From assembly GCF_037042905.1 (NCBI RefSeq), contig NC_087251.1, positions 44,268,001-44,332,000 of the forward strand: a stretch of DNA of 64,000 nucleotides. Direction: 5' to 3'. Positions 1-13,874 of the stretch are shown in pieces (the first letter of the stretch is position 1; each line of letters begins with the position of its first letter). Below the pieces are notes generated by a model. That model saw only the letters and a list, made by a program, of their open reading frames with translations. It ran no database searches and was not told the origin of the DNA. The position numbers were made by a program, and so were the translations under genes. The stretch is from Lytechinus pictus (taxonomy: Eukaryota).

Positions 1-3000
1 GCTCCAAAGCCATATTGGCTAAACCGTTCCATCAATATTTCAAATATCAATATGGATCAACTTGAAACACTACACTGGCAAGTCTCTAGAAATCAAAATT
101 TGACATTGCACTTCTGAAAAAAGATTCCAGACTTACATATATATATATATATTGCTTTGATTGAAGGAGAATTTTTTTACACATTGTGGAAAACCATTGA
201 AGTGCACAACCCTCACAAAAATGGATGAAAAATTTATATCCGAAGTTGAAGATTTGGGCAGACGAACCTATATTGAGAATCTTACCTTGATCATCACATA
301 TCTTAACATTCGTGCAGTCCACATTATCTCTTCTCATTCTGTGATTTCATGATGGATACACACTCGGCACTCGTACATGGTGAATGACCGCGATAAAGTT
401 TGAAATAATAATTCAAATTAGTCTGACCCCAAAAATAACACGTACAGAAAAGGAGACTATATAAATTGCAAGATAATCAACTTCGCTCATCATTGTTTAG
501 CAATCAAAAAAATAAAAAGATCAAAGTCTGTATATATATATAAAATTGTTTATCTTCTTAGCACACTATCTAATCAGTCATGGAAAATATCATGTTGCAA
601 CAATGTGAAACAAAGATAAAGTTAGAGCAAAAGCTAGAACAAATAGTACTGAGAGGTATATAAATAAAGACTATACCCAACAAAAGGATACAGGAATGGG
701 AAGAAATAACAGTAAAGGTCAAGAGAAGGGATTACAGTCATTAAAAGAAAAGAGAAAATCCTGATACGGGGAAAATTGCCACCCAATATTTTCACAAAGG
801 TTATGGCCCTCAGTAAATAATTACTGGAAAACCAATTGCATTGTTTCACATACTTTAGGCTACACAGAATATCATTGAAATCATTATTAAAGCACTTACA
901 TTGTGGTATACCATGCACAACAGTATCCAGTGCCCTTCTCTGCACACCGAAAAATAGATCTCTCGGTAGTGAAGTCACTAATTGCGTGATTCTGACAGGA
1001 AGATCCCAGCTCAAACCAGACAGGAAGCCATGTTTGTAAGGTTTAGGGCCTACCACCATCAATCGAGGTCAGCTGCTATGGTCCTGCAACTTGAATAAAT
1101 CTTCCAGGCTGCTGGTCTTACATTCTTTTTCAAGAGATAAAAAAAATCATTAATACAAAGCAAGCATATAGTATTATAATCAAAGACTATAAGTAGGGAC
1201 AGAGATTTTCCATTTCAAGACATGGTCATTTCCATTTCTAAAAACCTATAATTCTGTTTCAAACTTGATCTAAAAAGGAGATTCAGTTTTTGCACACAGC
1301 AAGAGTATGAAATCTGTTTGCAAAGGTATACTCAATAAAATATCCCATGAAAAATAGACAATCAAAACAATTTTCTGTTTTGATTTACTGGTATTAAATG
1401 GAAAATCACTGTCCCTAATATGTTGGGCAGGTCCAAGCTATTTGAGACAAATCAAAGAGGTGTTTCACAAAGATTTTTAAATCTTAAAAGAATGTCTAAA
1501 ATTGCTCAAAAATTTTCAATTCCATGTTACAAATAAGGGATCACCATATTGGTTAGATCTCCCAAAGAGGACACGCTCTACTAAAGATGAAATCAATTAG
1601 GTATGCTGTGCATCAACGTTTGCGCATTAACACTGACATATACTATGATTTCAGTGTAAACTGTAATTTAACTATTTGTGAAGCACTTTCCAGAATTGTC
1701 TCTCTCTCGAGTCATAAACTTTTAAAACATCTAATACTACATGTAGACCTATATAAACATGATTGGCAAACTTACCAGGGCTCCGTAACACAAAGGTTTG
1801 CGATGAATGGCAAATATGAAAGAACCGCACTGATTGGTCCCTGGTCAGTATTTTAAACATAATGCGCTTGTAAAATTGATATTGATTGGTCAGTCCATTT
1901 ATCGATTGATCGCTAATCTTTGTGCTACGTAGCCCAGTTTATTAAAGTTCACAGTACGACCATCGGCATGTTTAATTGACTGCCTCAGTAACTAAGAAGT
2001 TATAGAAAGTTAAAATGAACATTTTAAACACACCTACATGTATCAAGGTCAAAGAAGCATGATGCCTAAATGGACTCAATAGCAGTCAAGCAAAGAATGG
2101 CCAATCGGTTTAATCACATCTTCTCTTCATTGGTCTTTCTTTTGTCATTTTGTGACTTTGGATTCCGGAACCAATTGATTTGAGGGCTACAGCCTCTTTG
2201 TTATTAAACCAATCTCTTAATTATTGACATATGATTAGTAAAGATTATTGAAGCTAGCCTGTATCCAAATTTTGTTCATTTTGTCTGAGTGGAATTTGTG
2301 TAGTGCGCTTGTGAAATTTGACAAGTTTCTTTTGGAACCCAGTTTATATAAGAACCTCTTTCTTTGTCACACCCATATGCATACACAAGCTGATATTGAA
2401 GTTGAACCCTTACATGGTTCTTTATCATAAGAACAAGATATTTTCGGGTACAAATTGACCCCCAAATCTAATCACATCCTTGTCCCTCCAACCTAAATGA
2501 AATAAGTTTGAAGTTGATCCCTAAAACAATTTTCAGTGATCGCATGAACATGATATTTTAACATATTTGTCACCTTTGACCTTTGAATGCCTGACCACAA
2601 AATCTACATGTTATAATCATAATATTAAACGATGAAGTATATTTGAACATTTATTTTCATTGATGTTGATGACATTATTAATTCCTCTGAAATACTTGTG
2701 TTAACTTCACAAGAACCTACTACGCATAATAACCACACCATATCAATTATAAACCTCACGATACTTGAAAATCATTTCCAACTCTACTCACATATTAATT
2801 TTTACTCCTAGTAATCATACCCTACATTGTATGCATCCATTCAGATACTTAGACCTGCCAGCAAAGAGATAATAGCTTGGACCTGCTCCTTGGAGCTACA
2901 CAAAAGTCATCATATAACATATCTAAAAAATGGGTTCGTAAGTAGCAAATTCACATTAAGTCTTCTAAACTGATATTTACTTCATTAAATTTGATTTACA

Positions 3001-3009
3001 TACCGTAAT

Positions 3010-5425
3010 GGAAATCTCCCATATCAGGAAGACAAGTGGAACACCAAAAATAGAGTGTGTTTAATGTCTGGTGTTAAGAGCCAGTCCCTGATAGTAATCT
3101 CTCTCAGAGATATGGAAAAGACGTATTTTACAAACAGGTTTGAATACGGTAATATATTTCAAAGGATAACTATTTTGGAGAAACCACACCATAGGTCTTT
3201 TTGGAAAGGTGGACTTTCTATACAAGGGATTTAGCTGAAAAAGCGAGAAGAGCATTGTTCAAATTGTACAAATCTTTTGGTTCCTATACTCCTAGCACTA
3301 AAACCTTGTTGCATCTTTTCGATGCAACGATACAACCGATATTACTTTATGGATCTGAAATTTGGGGTACTAATGTTATAGACATGGAAAAAAATCTACA
3401 ATTAATGGATGGGAAAACAGGGCTATATTTTAAACACGAATCTGAAAAGGTGCACATTCAATTTTGTAAATATATTCTTGGGGTAAACCGCAAATGCAGT
3501 AATTTAGCAGCGACAGCTGAAATCGGTAGATATCCAAAAGTCATCCAAATTGCCATAAATATACTGAAATATTGGATTCGAATACGTAATATGGACGAAG
3601 ATAGTTTGGTTTACAAAGCTTTTGTAGAAAATGTAAGTCTATTGAATAACGGAAACAATTGCTGGCTTAAGACAATTCAGGATATTTTTAACATACTAGA
3701 TATTTGTCGGAAAAATGACACCCCCATACTTGATCCAGAAAATATACCAATTTCCCAAAAAGAATTTATTACAATATGCAAAACATCATTGGAAAGAAGA
3801 TTTGACGAACAATTTGAATTGGATTTATTTAACGACAGGGACACTAGGGAAGGGAATAAACTAAGAACTTTTAGGCAATTCAAATTCAATATAAGACAAG
3901 AAAATTATTTATATTCAATACACAATGTCAATTTGAGAAAAAATATAACCAAACTCCGACTGAGCGCTCATAATCTACCAATAGAAACAGGAAGGTACAA
4001 AAGACCGGAGAAGATACCACCTAACCTGAGATTTTGTGAAGATTGTAATTTGAATTTTGTCGGGGATGAGTTCCACATTATAATGAAATGTAACAAATAT
4101 AAAGATTTGCGTAAAGATTTTTTTGAAAAGATAATTACCTTCAATATTAGGTTTACTGAAATGGAGTGCCAGGAAAAATTTATCTACATCATGAAATTGG
4201 AAACTGAAGCCTTGATTAAATTGTTTTGTTCTTTTATCCAAAACATAATTGCTATTAGGGGTGATTTCTAAGTACTAAAAATATCAACCGGTAAACACTT
4301 TGAAGTAATATATTCGCAATATTTTTACACAATGAATTTACATGTAATGCCATTCTTCTCATTCTTCCTCTCTTTCCCGCTCTCTCCATTTTCGAACTTC
4401 TTCCCTCTTTATTTCCCTTTCCTCTCTCACTTTCTTTATGTTTTCTTTATCTTTTCTTGGATATCAGTCTCTATATCCATTGTCAAAATATCTATCCGAA
4501 TGATTCCTATGTTTATTGTGTATATTTGTGTATAATTTACAAGTTGTTTCTTTTTTCTTTTTTTTCTTTTTGACGAAATACTATTTTGTTTTTGTTTATT
4601 TGCTTATATTCCTTGCATTGTATATTTGTCTTGTATCATTTTGTACTTCTTGTTATGAACAAAATGCTGGCAATTGCCAGTGAAGTTCTAATAAATTCAA
4701 TTCAATTCAATTCATGTAGTCACTATAGCAGGATAGACTGTACTAGTGATAATGCTATATTACAATACAGAGACTGGCCACAATATATGGTACTAAGGTC
4801 CAGTGCCTGATATATCTTCTCTCTCATGAAATTCTAAACTCACCAGACACATGGATGTTTAGTGTCAAGTAATCATCGAAGTAGATAATCTCATATCAAA
4901 AACATAGTTAACACCAGAGAAGAGAATTTAGATAATATTTGGTGTCAAGTATTTTCTACAGAGATAATCACCCCTATGAGTACTAAGACTATGGTTAGCA
5001 CCATCTATACACTCCATAGAGTGGTGTCAAGTGCTTGACTATGTAGATTTAATTATTAGAATATGGAGAACACCAGACAGAGAGCGTAAAGTGACCGGTG
5101 TCAAGAGCAAATCCCTGGAACTATTTTTATCAGGAATGCCAGGAAGATTACAAACACAAAATGGAGGGTGTATATGAAGGGTTTGGTGTCAAATCCAAAG
5201 TCTCTTTTGGATCATACCTCACATGAATGGAAGGTGTATATGAAGGGTTTGGTGTCAAATCCAAAGTCTCTATTGGATCATACCTCACATGAATACCAAT
5301 AGGTGATCATACCAAACGTTCTGTGTACGTGAAGATCTCGAGATTGGTGACATGCTCTCGTCTCTGGTAAACTATCTCTCTCATTCACGCTTGGAAGACG
5401 GTTAACACCAGATGGGGGGTGTATC
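3010..5425. repeat. Diverged ~80-bp repeat array (AACACCA-N18-24-TGGTGTCAA units) interrupted by the LINE, including a near-exact 66-bp tandem duplication at ~5160-5293
   Basis: GTGTCAA recurs at 4862, 4942, 5024, 5098, 5186 and 5252, with a related unit at 3040-3090. Confidence 0.6.
3227..4714 (+). mobile_element. 5'-truncated non-LTR retrotransposon: C-terminal ORF2 (RTEX-like) plus 3'UTR
   Basis: ORF 3201-4271 has LLYGSEIWG, AEIGRYP, KLRTFRQFK, LRLSAHNLPIETGRY and a C..C...DEFH...C knuckle. A T-rich UTR ends in AATAAA(TTCAA)n at ~4690-4714. The 5' boundary is approximate. Confidence 0.85.
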
Positions 5426-7264
5426 CATGTTGTACACTGAATGACATGACTGCATATGAAAGTGAAGAACAGAAAATCATTCCAACATTTAATTTTCAAA
5501 CACATTCATCCTACTGTGTTACATGCACAAAATAAATTCAAGTTCGCAATAGGCAAGCGGCTTATGCAGACATTAACAGGGAGATAGTGCTCGATTTTTT
5601 CCACTAAATTGTGCTCCCTCTTTTTTTCTTTATTTCTACATAAAAACACTTGGGTGGTCATTCCATTGTGTGAACCCTTCTTCTGTTTGAACTTAGTCTT
5701 AGATTGTTATTATAACTGATATTAATTTTAAAGTGAAGCTGGTTCAAGAACAAATCTCACTAATTGTTCAGCTAATGATAATGTGATTTGGATTTTCTTT
5801 GTAAATAAACAAAAATAATGTGACAGAGCTATGGAAGGCAATAAGAATCTTGCTTGCAAAACTAGCACCAAATATTAATGGTGAGGTGCCGTGGCCGACT
5901 TCACCATGAAAGTCTGGGGTTCGATTTCTGTAACAGCCCTTAACCAAGGTAATTATATCTACATTGCTCTTTTATCTTGCATTGAATAAATGATAATGCC
6001 TTTATGCATTATTGATACCAACGTGTGCATGTGTTTAAAAAATAAATAAATACTTTTAAAAATATTGCATTATTGGCTTTCCATAATCAAGATTTGAATG
6101 AATTGCAACTTTCTTTATTTTCCTTCTAGACTCACTTTAAGTAGAACTGTATTCTATCAGCTGTATAAGCCTCCTCCCAGCCATGAGGTAAAACTGTGAA
6201 CTAAAGAAAAAAAAATATTTCAGTCATTGTAAAATGAAGGAAAATGTAATTCATAACAATGGAAACAAAATCTGGTATCTCAAACTTAGGGAAAATTTAT
6301 TTGTTGGTTTAAAGTTTAAATAATCCACAGACTTTACAGTTCAATACTTTTGGGCACCTGACCATGTTTCTATGGGACCTTTCTAAAAAGACTGTCTTAA
6401 CTTTGTGCTTCAAGTGAACATATGAAATTCTCTAAAATTATAGTGGCTTGAGTAGTTCCTGAAGCGAAAATCAACCCCCCCCCCAAATTGAGTCGGACAT
6501 ACAAAGAGGTTGATTATTTAAACGGAATTGCCCAAAAGCAGTTGGACATTTTTGTATATACGCTGTAAGTTAAGCATAATCTATACAGGAAATCTGCATA
6601 AACTACGGGTTCAACGGATGGTTTTTAAATCTATCATTATTATTTTTGTTATCATTGTAATTATTATTTGAACTACTTCCTCTTTTTGTTGTTGTCGCTT
6701 TTTTGCTTTATCTTGACATTTTGTAGATTACTTGTTTTGAGCTTGTCTGCCATGTCCGTCTCCATTTTTGTATATAATTTGTTAATTAATATTGAAACTA
6801 AGTTTAGGGACTTGCCTTCTTGCCTGTCTTAACTTTGATTTTCTAATTGGTATTTAAAAAACGACGCTCACTTTAGTTGTAAGCTTGTTTGTGACAGCTG
6901 TTTTCCCTTCAGAAAAACACTGAAGACACACGTCGCCTAAAGGCGTTTTTAACACATAAGGAATATGACCGACGTAAGCGGCCAACATTTACCGTGTTTT
7001 CCTCCCTATTATAATTTTGTAAGTACTTTTTTTAAATCTATCATTATTATTTTTGTTATCATTGTAATTATTATTTGAACTACTTCCTCTTTTTGTTGTT
7101 GTCGCCTTCTTGCCTGTCTTAACTTTGTGCTTCAAGTGAACATATGAAATTCTCTAAAATTATAGTGGCTTGAGTAGTTCCTGAAGCGAAAAACAACCCC
7201 CACCCCAAATTGAGTCGGACATACAAAGAGGTTGATTATTTTACGGAATTGCCCAAAAGCAGTT

Positions 7265-7615
7265 TCCTAAAATTTACAAAGGTAGTTTTGAAAACCAGCA
7301 GTTGAAGCCATGGTTTATGCTGATTTCCTGTGTAAATTATGCTTAATTTAGCTGCCATGGTTAAGTACGCTATTTTATTCATGAGTCCTCTCTTTTGAAG
7401 AGTGGACCCATTAATCCAAAACAGAGGACTCATGAATGAAATAGCGCACTCAACCATGGCAACAGGCGTCAATTTGGAGCACTGTCACAAAAGCGCACAA
7501 CAGTATTGGACATTTTTGTATATACGCTGTAAGTTAAGCATAATCTATACAGGAACTCTGCATAAACTATGGGTTCAACCAATGGTTTTCAAAACTACCT
7601 TTGTGAATTCAGGCC
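7265..7615. mobile_element. MITE, same family as 27060-27411
   Basis: TIR-like acaaaggtagttttgaaaacc / ggttttcaaaactacctttgtgaattc. Confidence 0.7.
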
Positions 7616-8429
7616 AATGAAACGGGTATTGGAGTCAACCAATAGGACCTCCAAGGCCATGGACTGATTGTTGCTGTGACACAAAGGTACATGTACATGT
7701 AGGCAATCGATCTTACTGCTGATTTGTACAATTGATTGAACATAAAGATCAATACAATCAATCATAAAAATCAGTCCTGCAATCAAAAGCTAAGCTATGT
7801 GTCACCAGGCCCAGATTTTAATTTGTCAAAGGGGTAACCTTCCCATTGAGTAAAGTGTCAAGGCACCTATGTTTTATTGAATCAAATTATATTATAGACA
7901 GGTGATTGCAAAAGTAAACTTGATTGTACTAAAAGTTTGATGCAAATATAGGTGACCAAACATTTACTCCTAGGAAAAGTATTCACATTTCAATTTCATG
8001 AAAGTTATAGGATTAAAGGTTGCAGCTGAGTTTGGTTTAGAATTAGGATTGGATTAGGTTTGATTATGTTTGAGGTAAGGTTCAGGATTATTTAGGAACA
8101 TGATACTCCTCATATAAAACGAACTTCGTGGAGTATAAAGTTCATTGACCTCACATGACCTTTGACCATGGCATGGAAACATGCTCTTCATTAGTGATAT
8201 CAATTAACCATCTCATACAAACTACATTGATGAAAATAGTAATCTTTATCAAAGTGACCTGAGGCACAACATTACATAGCAGGTTGCCTATATGGGGAAT
8301 TCATCAGATTTTGGCACATTGTTCAATATGCTCTGATATTGCACAGACATATCATTCATTTAAAAGTATTTTTAATTCACTGCTAAGATGCGCTATAAAA
8401 ATAAAAATCATAAACATTGCACAACTTAC

Positions 8430-8819
8430 CACTGGATCTTGCAGCATATTTCTGATAATTTTCTTGACCTTTGGCATGAGCTTGTCGAGTCCATCATCCA
8501 GCGGTGACAAGACATTTGCTCCTGCGACAATTGCTCTGGGCTTTATTTTATCTACAATGTAGGGTTACAATAGGGTTTTATGTTAGGTTTAGGGTAGGGT
8601 AAAGTGTCAAATTCAGGGTTGAAGTTAGTCAATTGTTTAATGTGTGGAATTTTCAACAGAGCAATTGTCGCTGGAGCAAACGTCATGGAATCCCTCCAGC
8701 ATGACCATGACTTCTTCCTGATCTAGTCCATATTGCTTGCTTCATGTTGGGTGACTTCTGAGGACATCCAGATGAACCCTTGATTTCAGGGCTTTGCTCT
8801 CATGGATAGCAGTCTGTGC
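8430..8819 (-). pseudogene. Decayed coding exon of an unidentified gene, interrupted by a MITE
   Basis: cagcag acceptor and gtaagt donor. Removing the MITE and one TSD gives 64 codons, AQTAIHESKALKSRVHLDVLRSHPT*SKQYGLDQEEVMVMLDDGLDKLMPKVKKIIRNMLQDPV. Confidence 0.55.
8503..8694. mobile_element. MITE with 6-bp TSD (TCCAGC)
   Basis: TIR gacatttgctcctgcgacaattgctct / agagcaattgtcgctggagcaaacgtc, TCCAGC at 8497-8502 and 8695-8700. Confidence 0.85.
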
Positions 8820-9096
8820 CTGCTGCAGAGAGAAAACATTAATTTAAGACAAAATTTAATTCTTGCTATTCAGTATTGAATTTCAAAAATGAAAGAAATC
8901 CTCTCAGTGATTGTGAAATGATGTTTAAAATGCATTGCCAATCTCAAATTTCACAATTTTGGATTTCAAGACTGTTATGCTCTTCACAATATCTTTCTTG
9001 TGCAGACAAAAGAGCTTCTTGTGCAGAGAAAAGTTTCTTGAAACAGGTTACAGTATCATATACTAAAAATTCAGTTTGGACATTCTGATATTAGTT

Positions 9097-9430
9097 AAGA
9101 AGAGCTATTCCTGCAGGCCTGAAGCTGGCCATGAGTCTACGGTACATGGCAAATAGCGATACCTCCACTTCATTGGAGCTCAACTTCCGGACATCACCTG
9201 AAGCAATATGCCATTTCTGCAGAGCCATTGCAGCTGAATACAAGGAAGCAGTACTACCTTGCCCCCTAACCCTAGTAGGATGGCATGAAAAGAAGGTGGA
9301 ATATACCCCATGCTTTGGGAGCATTAGATGGCAAGCACATGACCATCAAGAAACCAGCTCACTCTGGAAGCCTTTATTACAATGATAAAGGTGTCACTAG
9401 CATTGTGCTCATGGCACTGGTGGAGAGTTC
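9097..9430 (+). mobile_element. PIF/Harbinger (HARBI1-like DDE) transposase remnant, frameshifted
   Basis: KLAMSLRYMA, then WNIPHALGALDGKHMTIKKPAHSGSLYYNDKG.TSIVLMALV in a second frame. Confidence 0.85.
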
Positions 9431-10003
9431 ATTTGGTAAGATATCGAAAGATTGGCCCACCAATTCGATACAAAGACCTGTTAACAACTGCGAATTGAAG
9501 GACAGCATCAAAGACATCATAGCACTGGGTTTCCAGATCTAACACAACTCCCAACGACAGCACTCCTACTCCATTTTTTTTTAATTTATCATTATTATTT
9601 TTGTTATCATTGTAATTATTATTTGAACTACTTTTTCTTTCTTTTTTTGTCGCTTTTTCTTGATATTTTGTAGATTACTTGTTTTGAGCTCGTTTCCCGT
9701 GTCCGTCTCCATTTTTGTATATAGTTTTGTATATAATTTGTTAATTCGTATTGAAACTAAGTTTAGGGACTTGCCTTCTATACAAGCTTTTCTTGGCAAG
9801 TACCTCCATTCATTTCAACATTCTTTTTATAGATAAAATAATTGCAACTCACTATAGTTTTGTTTAATTTATCTTCAATATTTGTTATGAAATGTAATTG
9901 AACTGTCTGTATCATATTGAATATGTAGGCCTATTGTTACTTTGTTTATATTTTGAAAATGTTGTTGAACAGAAATAAATAAATCTAAATCTATATCTTG
10001 TAA

Positions 10004-10595
10004 ATGCTACTCAAATCAATCTTAAACAACAAACTCGGCGAAGTGGTGCAAGCGGGAGAGATTTGGTTCATACTTCTCAATTCTGTAACGGTACTTGACC
10101 CAATGAATTGGCCGGATGATGGGGGAAACTATGGAGATAAGGAGGCCAGAGTCTTGCTAACACATTTTGAGGATCTGCTCGTTTCTCATGACTACAACCC
10201 AGATTCAGCAACGATGGAGTTTATACGTCCGAAGAAGGTGGTAAGGCACCAGTATGCTGGACTCATGGAATGCAGTTTAGTGCAGGAATAGGCAAGGACG
10301 GGAGCAGGACTTTCCTAACTTTTTCCATTTGGTGGATATTGTTCAAGTGATTCAACTTGCTACAGTAAAAGCAGAACGTGCCTTATCATCGATGAATCAC
10401 ATGAAAACCGAATGGCGTGTCATTCTTGGCACACAGACATTAGATGACCTCATGATGACTTCCTTTAAGGGCACTCCAGAGGAAGAATACAGCGTTCAAG
10501 AGCCATCTATTGGCAACTGGTTGAAGGCTGGAAAGCAAGATAGGCGTCCAACCACACAGCCATATGGTATACAAATACTGAATGCGTATGCATGA
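10004..10595 (+). mobile_element. hAT transposase remnant (ZNF862-like, C-terminal dimerisation region)
   Basis: LDPMNWP..NYGD...LLTHFEDLL and LATVKAERALSSMNHMKTEWRVILGTQTLDDLM, with internal stop. Confidence 0.75.
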
Positions 10596-12770
10596 GATGA
10601 AAGATGAAAAGTTCCATGGAACTTTTCATCTTTCATCGAATGTAAATATTCTTTCCATCGCACAAATATTTACATTCATTATTTGTTTTATATAACTCAT
10701 ATAAGTTACAAGGTTTTTTAAAAATATGAAAAATAATAAAATAGATAAAATTAAGATTAGGTAGGCAAGTCCTTTTCTCCGATCCATACTAGCCGGCCTA
10801 CGGTGGATTCCCCCATGTATCAACAGCTCATCAGCCCTTTGCTTTAATTCTTTTGTGACGCGCATTGATTCATGGATCTGCGCTAACTTCAAACAAACAC
10901 ACACACATAATAAGGGAAGTAGACCCACACATGATTAGTGGTACATACTGAGGGAACGCTAGCGTACCGTGCAATGGAAAAAAAAAATGCACGGTCACCA
11001 TGCAATGGAAAATTTAAAAATGTATGCAGTAAAGAAAGGATCAAATATTGAACACCTTTCAACCAACCAGATGGCAAGAATCTTTGTTTGAGTTATATAA
11101 TATGTAATCACATGGTCCTTGAGAAGCTGCCATTGGCACCAATGTTGACCCACAGCCAAACAATGATCACCCAAGTCCAAGAGCATCATCTTCTGATGAT
11201 GAAGAGAACATTGTAGCGGTTGATCAACCAATGTCCAAGTCTAACACTGAGTAATACAATCGCCTATAACTTCGATGGCGACCACTGGGGAGTAGATCAT
11301 TCTTTTGATCGACAGATGTGGACAACATAATTTGTAATAATTGATTGTGACCACTGACCATATCAATGAAATCACAGATTACACCAATAAACATTGACCA
11401 ACACGTAAGCTTCACTCTTAAGGAAGTACAGAGGTCAATAAACTTCTTGGACAAAAAGGTCTGAGTAAACAGTGATCCTTTCATTATCCATCAGTATGTA
11501 CAGGAAATCAACCCAATCTGAACCTTATTTGAACTTCGAATCAGATCAGGTTGATGGAGTTGCCAGCTCATTGTATCGGTGAGCTCAAAATATCACTACA
11601 GACAATGATGCACTCCTGAGTGAATTTGAACTTGTTGATAAGGTGCTAATGTCATGTGGTTACTGATGTACTATAGAGAAACATGACCAAGGCTTTTCTT
11701 GGTGCTGCTGTGCATGTATTCTTTCTTCTTTGTTTCCCCTTCTGTTTTTCCTACTTGAACAATATGTATAGCACTGTCCCTGTCACTAGTGGTGATAAAG
11801 CTGTCAAGATTATTTTATGACAATCTGATATGACGAAAAAATGGCTCTGGTGATCTTTTCTCTGAATGACTCCCTAAAATAAAAGTACTTCGACACTGCA
11901 CTTACTTTATATTGATCCTTGTAACATCAGCCTGTGCTTCTTTCAAGGTCGTAGTTGATTGTTGATAGCTACCAGCTCGTCCTTGACCCGTATTCATCCA
12001 ACCTGTAAATTGAACCATAGTATTTAGGTCTGCAATAAGGCAAAGGTGTAAACGTGTCTCATTATGATGAACATTTTTTGTCTGAAATGAACTTTAACCC
12101 TAACCTCATGAATTCACTATGTACGTCAACATTGAAAAAAGATTACGGTAACACCTCTGCCAGTATCGCCTGCATTACATGATTTAATATTTGCTGATTT
12201 TGTGCTGATTCTGAAAAAAACTAAGATGAATGAATTCTTCAAAGACAGAGAAAAAATTCAATGAATAACATCCTAGGTTTGCCCTTCATTTCTGACACGG
12301 ACAAGGGATGGAAGAAATGAGCCTTCCTTTGATGCAATCTTAGTCACTGACTTCTATTATAGCTTGTGCATCTTAATGAGTTAAAAAAGGAACATGTTTT
12401 CCCAATTTCCTACATTTGGAGCAATGATATTGAGAACCAGACGATCTTTGAGTTGTGATATAAGATGTATTACAATAGATTCGCAAACTTACGCACACAC
12501 ACAATGACTTGAAATTGAAGTCATTGTGTGTGTCATTAAATGATACATGATTTCTACAAGCTATGTGCCATATATCTGGAATATTAGGTGGAAACTTGGA
12601 GAAAAAAATAGGATTATAAATGACAAAAAATTAATCATGCATTTTTCAAAATAAAATACATGGAATTAAAACTACCATTTGTAAACTAGAACTGCACATT
12701 TTCCAGGTTTTAAGAGATTAAGAAGCAAGACAACGATAATCCTAATAATCATAAACAATGTACAACTTAC

Positions 12771-12912
12771 CAGTAGATCTTGTGGCATATTTCTGGATAA
12801 TTTCTTGACCTTTGACCTGAGTTAGTTGAGTTCACCTTCCTTTTCTTAATCTAACTCCACATGATTTCTTGATTTCAGTGCTTTGCTCTCATGGATAAGC
12901 AGTCTGTGCTTG
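12771..12912 (-). pseudogene. Paralogous, internally deleted copy of the 8430-8819 exon
   Basis: Clear similarity across donor, acceptor and ~100 nt of adjacent intron. Confidence 0.55.
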
Positions 12913-13874
12913 CTGCAGAGATAAATGAAAATTGAAGACAAACGTTAATTCTAGGGAGGGAATTTTAAAAATGGAAGAAATTGTCTCAAAGTGATTGTAA
13001 AGAAGATGTTTAAAATGTAAGATGATGGTGTTTGCCGCTAAGCATGAATTATTCAACATTTTAACAAACTGACTTTAAATTCTTCAATTCCAGGGTTATG
13101 TGCATTACACACAGACAAGCATGTGTGGGACTATACTCAAATTGTCCGCCCAACAGTTTTGGTTGTTATTTGTTATGCTAAGAATGTAAGGATGGACATC
13201 TGACGAGTCATCCTTTGCAGTGGGTAATTTATCTATAATACTCTAAAAATGGCCATATGTTTATGTGTATTAAGTTCGGATAAAACAGGGCAGTGAAGTT
13301 GCGCGACAGCCGAGGTAAGTCACTGTTTTTGTTCCTTTTAATTTGATTTTCCCCGTTTTTTTGGCAATTAATGCCGAGAGGGAATATTAATTTGCATTTC
13401 GGTCGCGTTAATTTTCAAAAGTTTGATTCATATTTAAAGACAAAAATTGAAGAGCCCAGACGGGGGGATTTTGCATTGTAAGTCCCCTAATGGTGGCTGC
13501 ACGATAGCGAGCCGTCTGTGTACGAGGAGAAATTAAAAAAATAAAAATATGTTAAAAGACTCCTCGAAACCGACGGCTGCCAGCTGTCTAGGACGCCTTA
13601 CTAGGCTTAGGCTTAGCCGCCTACACTCACTCAGACTCAGTCACACTTAGCCAGGCGGCTTCTAGAGAGTAAAAATCATTTACTAACGTACCGGTACCGT
13701 AAGGTCACTCTCATGGCTAGTCACACTCACACACTGTCACTCCTATTCAATCAAGAATCATACATTTTTTAAAGGAATTGTCATAACTTTATAGGCTTAC
13801 ATATCATGCAATCAAACACAATTCAAGAGTAAAAAAATTACTTCGGTTAACAAACTAACGTTAGGCACACTCAC

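Noticed and set aside
86-1130. Possible further minus-strand exons (acceptor ~113, donors ~285 and ~1053)
   Set aside because: Splice-like motifs only. All frames close quickly and no homology is recognisable.
3201-4271. 356-aa host gene
   Set aside because: LINE ORF2 C-terminus with no RT core, a non-ATG start and a microsatellite tail
8742-8744. In-frame TGA as selenocysteine
   Set aside because: The same exon also carries a MITE insertion and no SECIS was identified, so decay is the simpler explanation
11100-12002. Death-domain/NLR-like exon (GWMNTGQGRAGSYQQSTTTLKEA)
   Set aside because: Only a vague resemblance, many stops and no NACHT motifs found. Cannot be supported without an HMM search.
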